64,000 nucleotides of DNA from an uncultured Pseudomonadales bacterium. Lineage in GTDB: Bacteria; Patescibacteriota; Microgenomatia; UBA1400; PJMF01. Location: NCBI GenBank assembly GCA_964556485.1, contig CAZKVV010000004.1, forward strand, positions 57,618 through 121,617. Direction: 5' to 3'. Shown here one piece after another: positions 1-7,792 of the stretch (position 1 is its first letter; the number at the start of each line of letters is the position of its first letter). Below the pieces are notes generated by a model. That model had not been told where the DNA came from. It did not search any database and saw only the letters and a list, made by a program, of their open reading frames with translations. Both the position numbers and the translations under genes were made by a program.

Positions 1-53
1 TTAGGCTCAACGGCTTTGATTTGGTGCATGGCGATATATTATACGCGGTCTTT

Positions 54-668
54 CTAAATCCGCACGCAGAAAGCGGCGGTAAATACTTGGTGTCCTTGCT
101 GAGAAAGGGGGGCTATGCAACTGTGCAGTGTTGACCCAGTTGTCACCACGTCATCAAGGAGTAACACTGTTGTTTCTGGGGAAATTTTGCTCTGGTGAAC
201 ATACCTAAATAAATCTGGATTGTTTTTTCTTGCTAGCTTTGACGTATTGGCTGCTTGATGTTCGGTATGTTGCTTTTTTGCAAGTAGCTCAACAAGAGGC
301 ACTTGCAACTGAGTTGCAACACACCCCGCTACTTTGCGCATATGGTCAAAGCCGCGCTCATGGATTCTTTGGCTATGTGATGGGACCCAGGTGACCACAT
401 CAACTTTGGGGAGATTGATGTGATTGTACATAAGCGTACCGATGAGTGATGACAGTGCCCAGTAACCACTATATTTATATCGATGCATCAAGTGTTGTGA
501 TGCGGGGTTAAAGCGGCACACGGCTTGGAGGGGCAAGTCGGGATAATAAATGGCAGGCTCTGTCCCCGTTAAAAAATCGATGTAGTCAAAGCATCGGTAA
601 CACAGCTGTGAGCCTATTTTGCCACACAGTACGCAACTGTGGGGGATAAGTATATCCAACAATGACAT
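54..668 (-). CDS. comFC: ComF-family phosphoribosyltransferase (competence protein ComFC-like)
   Basis: N-terminal double CxxC zinc-finger (CVLCGK...CYRC) and C-terminal PRTase motif LLLDDVVTTGSTL. Confidence 0.7.
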   Translation of the reverse strand: MSLLDILIPHSCVLCGKIGSQLCYRCFDYIDFLTGTEPAIYYPDLPLQAVCRFNPASQHLMHRYKYSGYWALSSLIGTLMYNHINLPKVDVVTWVPSHSQRIHERGFDHMRKVAGCVATQLQVPLVELLAKKQHTEHQAANTSKLARKNNPDLFRYVHQSKISPETTVLLLDDVVTTGSTLHSCIAPLSQQGHQVFTAAFCVRI

Positions 669-708
669 ACCAAAAGCCTACAACAGGTTTCTTACACCAA
701 CCGTAACC

Positions 709-2355
709 TTATGGAGTGTCTTGCAGAAGTGACTGAGCAGTTTTTCGTAGTGCAGCCACGGACTCATTACCTGGAACCAACGCTTCAAGCTGTTGTAGAT
801 ATGTTTCAGCTAAGTCTTGATTTTTTTGTTGAGCGTACAAGAGTATCAGCGGTTGGTAGGCATACATAAAGTGAGGATCGATTTCTAAAGCCGCGGTGTA
901 TTCGACTAAAGCTTCAGTAATTTGACCTTGGGCAACATATGCCTGTGCAAGGTTGTAGTGAGTTTGTGGGTAGGTGTCAGTGATGGAAAGCGATTTTTTA
1001 TACTCTTCAACAGCTTTTTGTGTTTGACCTTTATCTGCGTATGACATTGCAAGGTTGTTACGCAGCCTGGCAGTCTCTGAGTGTGAAAGTGTGTAGGAAT
1101 AAAATCGAATAGCATTTCCCCAAAGGTAGTTTTGTCGAAGGGTAAGTAGTACATATATTGAAAAAAGAATGGCGAGAATTGGGGTTTTCAATTTTAAAAT
1201 AATTATTGTGAGATTTTTTGGCAAAAGCTGAAACATACCATAGCAACAGATCAGTACTCCAACCAGCGGGGTGTATAACCAATGTTCATAAAACATGCCA
1301 TTTACTGGTAGTACTCCAGATACAGGACCAAGCAGGGCAAAAAACCAGTAGGTTCCGAACCAAATCCAGATTGCTTGTTTTTTTTGTAGCTCTTTTAAAC
1401 CAAGTAGAAAAAGTACCGCTATACCAACCGTCGAAGCTATGACTGCAGGATGAAGTGCGGTGGTAATGACAGAGATGGATCTTTCCATATGCAGTGGGAA
1501 TGGAACTAAGATGAGTTTTAGATACAGCCAGAGGCTTGCTGCAAAGGTGAAAATTCTCACCAATACGCTGTCTCCATATTCAGAACCCGCGTAGTAGTTA
1601 ATAAATGGACCTAGGTTAACAAAGTAGTGTCGCAGTAAAAAGTAGGCACCAACACTCAGAGCTATAAGTGAAATGGTGGCAAATTGATAACGGGTATTTT
1701 TTGACGTGGCTTTTGATTTGGTATGAATCTTCTGAAGCAGTAGTACAGCAGGGAAGAGCAGCAAACCACCCAGCGCAATTTCTTTTGCTAGGACTGCACA
1801 AATAAAGGTAGATACGGTTCCAAGCAGCAGCTGCCACTTTTGTACAGTGAAGCTAATGTTATACAAAGCGAGAGTACTTTTTTTAGTTCTTAGAAGTAGA
1901 GAAAACAGAAAAAGGCTGGTAAAAAGCCAAAAAGCATACTGTGAATCTCCACGTGAATTTGCATACACAACAGACTCGGTTTGGAGTGGATGAGCAATAA
2001 ATACTGCAGCGATAGTGAGCGCATATTTTTTACGAATGCCAATTTCAGTCAAAAACAGGAATAGCAAAACTGCAGCGAAAGCATGGAGTAGTGTATTGGT
2101 CAGGTGAAAGCCAATCGGGTTGTTCCCCCAAATTTGATAGTCGAACGCAAAACTAAGAGTGGTAAGCGGGCGGTAATATTGGCTTATCTCACCCGCGCCA
2201 GCAATGGTGTTTTGAGTAACGATATTTTTGACGTCAAAAGCTTTGACGTAGGTGTTGTTATAAATAAATTGTTCATCATCCCAGAAAAGATCATTATTGA
2301 ATGACGGCAGATAAAGAAAAAAAGCAAATCCGAGAAGTAACAAACAATAACGCAT
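709..2355 (-). CDS. Polytopic membrane protein with C-terminal TPR repeats (PMT/GT39- or O-antigen-ligase-like N-terminal membrane domain)
   Basis: About 400 aa with multiple hydrophobic helices followed by TPR-like repeats (AYVAQGQITEALVEY, AYQPLILLYAQQ). Overlapping small ORFs in other frames are judged spurious. Confidence 0.5.
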   Translation of the reverse strand: MRYCLLLLGFAFFLYLPSFNNDLFWDDEQFIYNNTYVKAFDVKNIVTQNTIAGAGEISQYYRPLTTLSFAFDYQIWGNNPIGFHLTNTLLHAFAAVLLFLFLTEIGIRKKYALTIAAVFIAHPLQTESVVYANSRGDSQYAFWLFTSLFLFSLLLRTKKSTLALYNISFTVQKWQLLLGTVSTFICAVLAKEIALGGLLLFPAVLLLQKIHTKSKATSKNTRYQFATISLIALSVGAYFLLRHYFVNLGPFINYYAGSEYGDSVLVRIFTFAASLWLYLKLILVPFPLHMERSISVITTALHPAVIASTVGIAVLFLLGLKELQKKQAIWIWFGTYWFFALLGPVSGVLPVNGMFYEHWLYTPLVGVLICCYGMFQLLPKNLTIIILKLKTPILAILFSIYVLLTLRQNYLWGNAIRFYSYTLSHSETARLRNNLAMSYADKGQTQKAVEEYKKSLSITDTYPQTHYNLAQAYVAQGQITEALVEYTAALEIDPHFMYAYQPLILLYAQQKNQDLAETYLQQLEALVPGNESVAALRKTAQSLLQDTP

Positions 2356-2404
2356 GCTACTAGCATACCAGTTTGTTTGCCCAAAATTGAAATTGTATTG
2401 TGGT

Positions 2405-2442
2405 AAAAAAAAGAGCTACAAGTTTTTTTGAACTTGTAGCTC
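2405..2442 (-). terminator. Intrinsic terminator of cassette 1 (GAGCTACAAGTT ... AACTTGTAGCTC plus U-tract on minus strand)
   Basis: Perfect 12-bp inverted repeat followed by an A8 run on the plus strand (U-tract on the minus transcript), immediately after the stop of the 2449-2778 gene. Confidence 0.7.
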
Positions 2443-2448
2443 GAAATT

Positions 2449-2778
2449 TTATTCTGTTTTGTCAGTTGTATCCGTTTTTTTGGTCATTATTATGACCGAA
2501 AGTCGAATTATGTACATGACGTATATCATCAAGCACACAACTGCGACAAATACAAAATACAAACCAAATAAAACAAGCAAACCTCCAACTCCAAGGAGAT
2601 AATAGCAGTCCTTGATGTTTTGTTTTGCTTTCTCATTTCTGCTGTTGGGTGTGCTTTTAATTTCATTCACCCAGATGATTAAATCTACCACTCCTGTTAG
2701 CAGGAATGGAAAGCTGAAGAGTGTGAAAAAAAAGTGTAACGCTTCCATCCACTCTGGTCCAAAAAATAAAGGTATCAT
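2449..2778 (-). CDS. Small membrane protein, paralog 1 of 3 (MIPLFFGPEW family, ~110 aa)
   Basis: Start placed at internal MIPLFFGPEW, which aligns with the starts of paralogs 2 and 3 and sits 8 nt after an AAGGAG RBS. The upstream part of the 170-aa track ORF is the conserved leader, not coding. Hydrophobic core and conserved C-terminus IIRLSVIIMTKKTD..KTE. Confidence 0.6.
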   Translation of the reverse strand: MIPLFFGPEWMEALHFFFTLFSFPFLLTGVVDLIIWVNEIKSTPNSRNEKAKQNIKDCYYLLGVGGLLVLFGLYFVFVAVVCLMIYVMYIIRLSVIIMTKKTDTTDKTE

Positions 2779-2930
2779 TTTTTTCGCTCCTTGCGATTTT
2801 TTGATGAGTTCGACTGACTGACAGAGAATTATGCAAAACACTATCACAACCCTGCTTGAGGGTGGATACTGTTTAGCTTGTTCTCTGCAAGAGATATTAA
2901 GGTGCGGTGTTTGTTGTCTTCCAAACCCAA
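2779..2930 (-). promoter_or_regulatory. Conserved ~150-nt transcribed leader of cassette 1 (candidate cis-regulatory RNA)
   Basis: Near-identical to the leader of cassette 2 (core ACACCGCACCUUAAUAUCUCUUGCAGAGAACAAGCUAAACAGUAUCCACCCU-loop-AGGGUUGUGAUAGUG). The loop sequence differs between copies while the CCCU/AGGG stem is kept. Confidence 0.4.
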
Positions 2931-2932
2931 TA

Positions 2933-2961
2933 ATTATACCATAAAAGACCATATTTTGCAA
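2933..2961 (-). promoter_or_regulatory. Sigma70-like promoter of cassette 1 (TTGCAA-17-TATAAT on minus strand)
   Basis: Minus-strand sequence TTGCAAaatatggtcttttatggTATAAT with a 17-nt spacer. Confidence 0.6.
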
Positions 2962-3005
2962 GTTATAGGACTAAAAATTAATGCTTCGTGCGGTTGGTTG
3001 CGTTA

Positions 3006-3074
3006 TAAAAAAACGAGCTACAAGTTTTATGATGCTTAGGGGTTGAAAACCCATCAGCATGCTACTTGTAGCTC
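3006..3074 (-). terminator. Intrinsic terminator of cassette 2 (same GAGCTACAAGT stem, larger loop)
   Basis: CGAGCTACAAGT...ACTTGTAGCTC inverted repeat with an A7 run on the plus strand, immediately after the stop of the 3080-3397 gene. Confidence 0.65.
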
Positions 3075-3079
3075 TAATT

Positions 3080-3397
3080 TTATTCTGTCTTGTCAAAGTC
3101 GCTTTTGTCAGTCATTATGATGACCGACAATCTGATGATGTACGCAAAATAAATCGATGCGCACAAAAAACCTATAAAGATCACATAGATTCCAAACAGC
3201 GACATCAACATTCCAGCTACCATGTAGCCAAAAAATGTATTTATGTTTTCTTTCACCTCTTTACTGGGACGATGTTTATATTCATCTACCCATACTTTCA
3301 ATCCAACTAGTCCTACAATTAAGGGAACTAGTCCCGAAATTGTTATTCCATAGCTAACTGCATGCAACCATTCTGATCCAAAAATATAAGGAATCAT
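3080..3397 (-). CDS. Small membrane protein, paralog 2 of 3 (MIPYIFGSEW..., 105 aa)
   Basis: ORF with a conserved N-terminus and C-terminus (IIRLSVIIMTDKSDFDKTE) shared with paralog 1. RBS GGAGAG upstream. Confidence 0.65.
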   Translation of the reverse strand: MIPYIFGSEWLHAVSYGITISGLVPLIVGLVGLKVWVDEYKHRPSKEVKENINTFFGYMVAGMLMSLFGIYVIFIGFLCASIYFAYIIRLSVIIMTDKSDFDKTE

Positions 3398-3581
3398 TTT
3401 TCACTCTCCTCGAGTTGATTTTTTGACTTACAAAATTGACAGAGAATTGTGCTAAACACTATAACAATCCCTACATTAGGGTGGATACTGTTTAGCTTGT
3501 TCTCTGCAAGAGATATTAAGGTGCGGTGTTGGGAAGTTCCAGTCTCTTTTCAGAGGTTCTAGTTGTGTTCCAAACCTGGTA

Positions 3582-3610
3582 ATTATACCATAAAAGACCA
3601 CATTTTGCAA
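3582..3610 (-). promoter_or_regulatory. Sigma70-like promoter of cassette 2 (TTGCAA-17-TATAAT)
   Basis: Minus-strand TTGCAAaatgtggtcttttatggTATAAT, nearly identical to the cassette 1 promoter. Confidence 0.6.
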
Positions 3611-3654
3611 GTTATAGGACTAAAATACATTCTTCATGCGGTTGGATCTGTTCT

Positions 3655-3693
3655 AGAAAAAAAAGAGCTACAAGTATCATAATACTTGTAGCT
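3655..3693 (-). terminator. Intrinsic terminator of cassette 3
   Basis: GAGCTACAAGTAT-cat-AATACTTGTAGCTC inverted repeat preceded by an A10 run on the plus strand (U-tract on the minus transcript). Confidence 0.65.
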
Positions 3694-3714
3694 CGAAATG
3701 TTACACTTTGCCAA

Positions 3715-3990
3715 TCAGGATCGTACCTTCTTCACTAGAAGGTATCCTAGAAAAAATAAGATAGCAATAGGAATTATATAGATTCCTAAAAAGCATATTG
3801 CCAGACCCAGACAAATGAAAAACAGACCTTCTGAAATATGCTTATTCGCCGCAAGACTGTCTGTTTTTAGTTTTGGTAGCCATACTAGCAGTCTCCCAAT
3901 ACCAAACACTCCAGCAACTATTAGTCCTATTGTAGAAATAAAATTGTGGAATGGCTCAAGCCATTCCGGTCCAAAAAATAATGGAATCAT
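3715..3990 (-). CDS. Small membrane protein, paralog 3 of 3 (MIPLFFGPEWLEPF..., 91 aa)
   Basis: Shares the MIPLFFGPEW N-terminus with the other two paralogs and is hydrophobic. RBS AAAGGAG 7 nt upstream. Confidence 0.6.
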   Translation of the reverse strand: MIPLFFGPEWLEPFHNFISTIGLIVAGVFGIGRLLVWLPKLKTDSLAANKHISEGLFFICLGLAICFLGIYIIPIAILFFLGYLLVKKVRS

Positions 3991-4092
3991 TTTTCACGCT
4001 CCTTTAATTTTTTTTGATTGACAGTGAATTAATGTGCTTTGTTTAGAAGTTACTATTTTGTAAAAGGGAGTAGTTGTCTTCCAAACATGCCG

Positions 4093-4121
4093 ATTGTACC
4101 ATGAAAGACCACTTTTTGTGA
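4093..4121 (-). promoter_or_regulatory. Weaker sigma70-like promoter of cassette 3 (TCACAA-17-TACAAT)
   Basis: Minus-strand TCACAAaaagtggtctttcatggTACAAT. The leader is shorter and diverged from cassettes 1 and 2. Confidence 0.4.
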
Positions 4122-4146
4122 GTTATAGGATTAAATAATAAAGTTG

Positions 4147-4219
4147 TGGTCGCTACAGGACTCGAACCTGTGACAACCGCAATGTGAATGCGGTGCTCTA
4201 CCAACTGAGCTAAGCGACC
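4147..4219 (-). tRNA. tRNA-Val (anticodon CAC)
   Basis: Minus-strand sequence GGUCGCUUAGCUCAGUUGGUAGAGCACCGCAUUCACAUUGCGGUUGUCACAGGUUCGAGUCCUGUAGCGACCA folds as a cloverleaf. Anticodon loop UUCACAU. CCA is not encoded. Confidence 0.85.
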
Positions 4220-4220
4220 A

Positions 4221-5291
4221 TTAGAGGAGATTATACTCCTTCAATACCATTTCTACATCTGCAGCAGAGTTTGCAGTAAACAATTTTGCTCTCACTTCTT
4301 TTGCAGCATCAAAGCCCCTGCAGTACCAGCCCAAATGTTTACGCATTGGCATAAACGAGTATCTTTCCCAGTTGCCGTACGTTTGTTCAAACAGTTGGCT
4401 ATGTTCGACTGCGATCTGAAAGAGTGTAGGTGAATCACTTGGCTTAGTAGTACAAAAGATGAATGGATTGCCAAAACTTGCTCTTCCAATCAGTACACCG
4501 TCAAGTTGGTACATGTCGATTTTATTTTTAGCATCTTCTAAACTTGCAATGTCACCATTCCCCAGAAGTTTGATTTTTGAGTTTTTGACAACCTGTGCGG
4601 CGATCCCGATTTGATCCCAGCTTGCAAAACCAGAGTACTGTTGTTTGAGAGTTCTGCCATGGAGGGCAATTGCCGCAGGTTCAAGCTCAAGCAAAGTTGG
4701 TATCCATTCTTCAATAACTGGTTTGTCATATCCAATTCGAGTTTTAATTGAAACAGGTATGCTTTTTTCGGCCTGGTGTTCTGCAGGAAGCAACGCATGT
4801 CTTTTTTCAATTTCACGCACAATTTTGGGACTAATATCACTGCAGTCCTTTGTTCTTTTGCCATTTGCATAATCCTCAACGCCAGCTTTGACCGCGATAA
4901 CGATTTGGCATGCAAGATCGGGGTTTTTAATCAGCGCAGCACCCGCACCAGAGCTAGCAACTGTTTTGGCAGGACAGCCCATGTTGATATCGATGCCATC
5001 AAATCCGAGTTCACAGAGCAGCGTTGCCGCTTGTCTGAAGTACAGTGGTGTGGTGCCATAAATTTGGGCAATTATTTTTCGTTGTGACTCATCATATAAA
5101 AAGTCTGTGAGGAGTTTTTCTGCGCCATGGCACAGGCCTTCAACATTTGTAAATTCAGTATAGATCAGATCTGGATTGCCGTATTTTTTTTGAATATGTC
5201 TGTATGGATGATCTGTTACACCATCCATTGGAGAAAGTCCGATGATTGGAGCAGAAAATGATTGCCAGAGTTGTTGTTCACTTTTAGTCAC
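4221..5291 (-). CDS. dus: tRNA-dihydrouridine synthase (Dus family)
   Basis: Motifs SPMDGVTD, FDGIDINMGCP and KTRIG are typical of the Dus FMN-binding TIM barrel. Located 1 nt from tRNA-Val. Confidence 0.85.
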   Translation of the reverse strand: MTKSEQQLWQSFSAPIIGLSPMDGVTDHPYRHIQKKYGNPDLIYTEFTNVEGLCHGAEKLLTDFLYDESQRKIIAQIYGTTPLYFRQAATLLCELGFDGIDINMGCPAKTVASSGAGAALIKNPDLACQIVIAVKAGVEDYANGKRTKDCSDISPKIVREIEKRHALLPAEHQAEKSIPVSIKTRIGYDKPVIEEWIPTLLELEPAAIALHGRTLKQQYSGFASWDQIGIAAQVVKNSKIKLLGNGDIASLEDAKNKIDMYQLDGVLIGRASFGNPFIFCTTKPSDSPTLFQIAVEHSQLFEQTYGNWERYSFMPMRKHLGWYCRGFDAAKEVRAKLFTANSAADVEMVLKEYNLL

Positions 5292-6985
5292 GAGGTATTA
5301 TACCCTGACAAGTAAACCCAGGTGTCATCTGTAATAGTTGCTCTTCTTTTTTCCAAAATGGTTTTAAACTGTTGAAGTATCGCGACCGCTTGAGATTGCG
5401 TAGTTTGTGCCATGGTGAGCATTCTGAGTAGTTCATAACGAGTAAAGGGAGAGGAGATGTATCCAAGTTGGTAGAGCGTTGTGACCTCACGGGTGAGTGT
5501 TGCAAATGAAATTATTTTCCGTATGTCAGAAGTGTTTGATTTTGAATAGGTAATTTCAAATAACTGTGGCTGAGTGCCAAACATGCCAGTCAAGTTTTCA
5601 ATCTGTACGCTTCCATCTTGAGTGTAGAAATAGACAGTAACGTTGTAGGGTGACAACGGTTGGCCACTCAACTCAAGGACGTATTCACCACTTTCTGGTT
5701 TTGCAAATTCGTATGTTACCACCTTTGGTTTTGGTTGTTTCGTTTCCAGACTTTGGAAGTCCTCAGTTTCAGTCACAAGTGGCAGCAGGTCATTTTGTTT
5801 TTTGAGTGTTATAGATGTGTCCGTATTTGTTGCAAAAAGCAGGTAGCTTAAATCGGTAAAACTGGGGGTGAAGGTTCTTAGTGAAAGTGGTGCGTCAAGA
5901 TGCTCGCTTAGTTTGGTGTAGGAATACCCTGGGTCATTAATATAAATGTCTGTTTGTTCATCAGTATTGCTTGACATGCCAGTTGCAACCACAAAATGAC
6001 TGGGAATGTGCACTATGGTAGGTTGCTGGGCATTGAGTTGCTCAGTGAGGGTAGTGGTGATGTTTTGCAGCACACGTTTGAACTCAAGTTTAGGGCTGCC
6101 AAACTGTTCACTCAGCTCGCGGCTGAGTCTGGTAGCAGCAAGCCAATTTACGTTTCCATCTGGAATATAGCCATCTGGTTGGGAGAGTAACCAGTTGTTG
6201 AATGTTGCTGGAGTGATGGGCGTGCCATCAGCAAAATGTGTCAGGCCGTAGTACTGAAAAAGCATGGTCAGTGAGGTAAGCGCACATCCCCATCGACCAA
6301 TGGTGGGTGGCTCCGTCAAGCTCCACGCGGTCGCTAAGTCATACTCATTCTCAGACCACTGTGGATCGGTCTGTTTAATGAGCGGTACTGCAAGATTTGA
6401 GGTGGTTTCTATGGTTTCAACCAGCACATTATCAATGGCAATTTTTGTTGGCACCACACTGCCTGTTCCAGCTTTAATACCGACTTTGCCATAGTTGTTG
6501 TTGAAGGTGGGGTCAATCTGAGTAAAAAAGTGTTGATCATTGATGCTCAGTGAAATGGTTGCTCCCTGAAGCGTGATTTCAATATGGTGCGTATTTCCAT
6601 TAGGAATGCTCACCCCATGCCGCACTGACCAAGGCACTGTACCGTTTTGTACTCTCACCAACTCAACGTTTCCTCCAGCAAAGTGCAGTTCATACCAATT
6701 ATTCAGGTTCTCAAAGTGAAAAGAAATGTTCTTATCAATCCCGGCTAAGCCGGTGAAGTCGAGAGAGTAGCGAATGTCTTGCCAGTTTTCATTCCAGTAG
6801 GCATCTTTTGGTATCAATTCAGTAACAGTAAATGGAGTAAGGACTTCGGCGACTGCTGTTCCATCTTGTATAGTCCAGTAGCTGCCATCATCTCTGGTTG
6901 CTTCCCACTTGGTGAAGTCTTGAGAAAAATCGTCAAAGAAAACAGTAGCTGCAACTGCTGGTCGAGTAGAACCGAGCAAAAGCAT
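5288..6985 (-). CDS. Secreted protein with C39-like (papain-fold, PF13529-type) peptidase domain and N-terminal beta-rich, lectin-like domain
   Basis: Motif RWGCALTSLTMLFQYYG matches the C39_2 catalytic-Cys region CGPTSLAMVLxYYG. N-terminal hydrophobic signal-like segment. Start set at ATG 6985 (MLLLGS...) to avoid overlap with the divergent methyltransferase. An upstream alternative start is possible. Confidence 0.5.
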   Translation of the reverse strand: MLLLGSTRPAVAATVFFDDFSQDFTKWEATRDDGSYWTIQDGTAVAEVLTPFTVTELIPKDAYWNENWQDIRYSLDFTGLAGIDKNISFHFENLNNWYELHFAGGNVELVRVQNGTVPWSVRHGVSIPNGNTHHIEITLQGATISLSINDQHFFTQIDPTFNNNYGKVGIKAGTGSVVPTKIAIDNVLVETIETTSNLAVPLIKQTDPQWSENEYDLATAWSLTEPPTIGRWGCALTSLTMLFQYYGLTHFADGTPITPATFNNWLLSQPDGYIPDGNVNWLAATRLSRELSEQFGSPKLEFKRVLQNITTTLTEQLNAQQPTIVHIPSHFVVATGMSSNTDEQTDIYINDPGYSYTKLSEHLDAPLSLRTFTPSFTDLSYLLFATNTDTSITLKKQNDLLPLVTETEDFQSLETKQPKPKVVTYEFAKPESGEYVLELSGQPLSPYNVTVYFYTQDGSVQIENLTGMFGTQPQLFEITYSKSNTSDIRKIISFATLTREVTTLYQLGYISSPFTRYELLRMLTMAQTTQSQAVAILQQFKTILEKRRATITDDTWVYLSGYNTS

Positions 6986-7060
6986 ACCAATGAGCGAAAT
7001 GCTGGTAATCAGTTTGATAATCAGTTTTTGACTGCAACTGTAGTAAAATGCACTCGAGAT

Positions 7061-7792
7061 ATGAATACACTTGAATCGTTTTATAATCGTTATCACGCCA
7101 AAAATGCCTTCTTTTTTAAAACTATTGATGCTTCTAACTGCACCTACTTTTATATTCTGCAACTCTTACAACAAGCTGACGCACTCACTGGTGCAACAGT
7201 ACTCGATTTGGGCTGTGGAGTTGGCGCAGTTTCGTTTTTTATGGCTCAACATGGTGCAAAGGCCGTAATTGGTCTTGATGTATCAAGTAGAGCCATTGGT
7301 ATTGCCCAGGCGGCACAGCAACAAGTTCAGCAACCAAACTTGATCTTTAAGTGTGGCGAGCTGGTTACAAAGATGCATGGTTTTGACACCATTTTTTGTA
7401 GTGAAGTTATTGAACATGTGAAAGATGATGCCCATTTTTTAGATGTCATACACTCAAATTTGAAAGTGGGCGGCACACTCATTTTAACGACACCTTCAAA
7501 AGAAAATGTACTTTTTAAACTGGGATTTTATCGCTCTTTTGATTCAGAAGTTGGCCATTATCGACGCTACACTAAAGAATCATTGCAGCAATTACTCAAA
7601 GCACACGGTTTTGATGTCAAGAGTATTCGAGCTGTTGAAGGTCCATTGCGTAATATTCTCTACACCACAAAACTAGGTTTCCTGATTCGATTTATTAGAG
7701 GTCCTCTGGTCCCTGTATTTCATTTTTTTGACAGCATTTCTGCACAACTTTTTGGCGCCAGTGACATTCAAGTCATTGCAAAAAAAATATGA
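7061..7792 (+). CDS. Class I SAM-dependent methyltransferase
   Basis: Motif I VLDLGCGVGAVS and post-I GGTLILTTP. Start set at the internal ATG (MNTLESF...). The 5' part of the track ORF overlaps the convergent gene and is judged non-coding. Confidence 0.7.
   Translation: MNTLESFYNRYHAKNAFFFKTIDASNCTYFYILQLLQQADALTGATVLDLGCGVGAVSFFMAQHGAKAVIGLDVSSRAIGIAQAAQQQVQQPNLIFKCGELVTKMHGFDTIFCSEVIEHVKDDAHFLDVIHSNLKVGGTLILTTPSKENVLFKLGFYRSFDSEVGHYRRYTKESLQQLLKAHGFDVKSIRAVEGPLRNILYTTKLGFLIRFIRGPLVPVFHFFDSISAQLFGASDIQVIAKKI

Larger units (their letters stand above)
2405..4140 (-). repeat. Tandem triplication of a ~500-650-bp cassette (promoter, leader, small membrane protein gene, terminator)
   Basis: Three head-to-tail units with conserved promoters, leaders, coding N- and C-termini and terminator stems. 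Units 1 and 2 share more than 85% identity in non-coding parts. Confidence 0.75.

Noticed and set aside
906-1837. Several 70-80-aa ORFs (906-1154, 1058-1282, 1218-1442, 1616-1837) and others overlapping long genes in alternative frames
   Set aside because: They lie entirely inside longer, motif-supported genes on the same or opposite strand. Judged spurious frame-shadow ORFs
2779-2930. Assignment of the cassette leader to a specific riboswitch class (fluoride crcB, guanidine ykkC/mini-ykkC, Mn2+ yybP-ykoY)
   Set aside because: Conserved positions of those consensus motifs could not be found by eye. Left as an unclassified structured leader
2779-2961. N-terminal extension of the 2449-2961 track ORF (MQNMVFYG...)
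   Set aside because: This stretch is the conserved promoter and leader shared with the other cassettes. Paralogs 2 and 3 start at the MIP motif, which is preceded by an RBS
2405-4140. Possible CRISPR array suggested by regularly spaced repeats
   Set aside because: Units are ~500-650 bp, contain protein-coding genes, promoters and terminators, and are not short direct repeats with unique spacers. No cas genes
6779-7060. 5' extension of the methyltransferase ORF (track start 6779)
   Set aside because: It overlaps the convergent secreted-peptidase gene on the other strand. The conserved methyltransferase fold begins after the internal ATG at 7061
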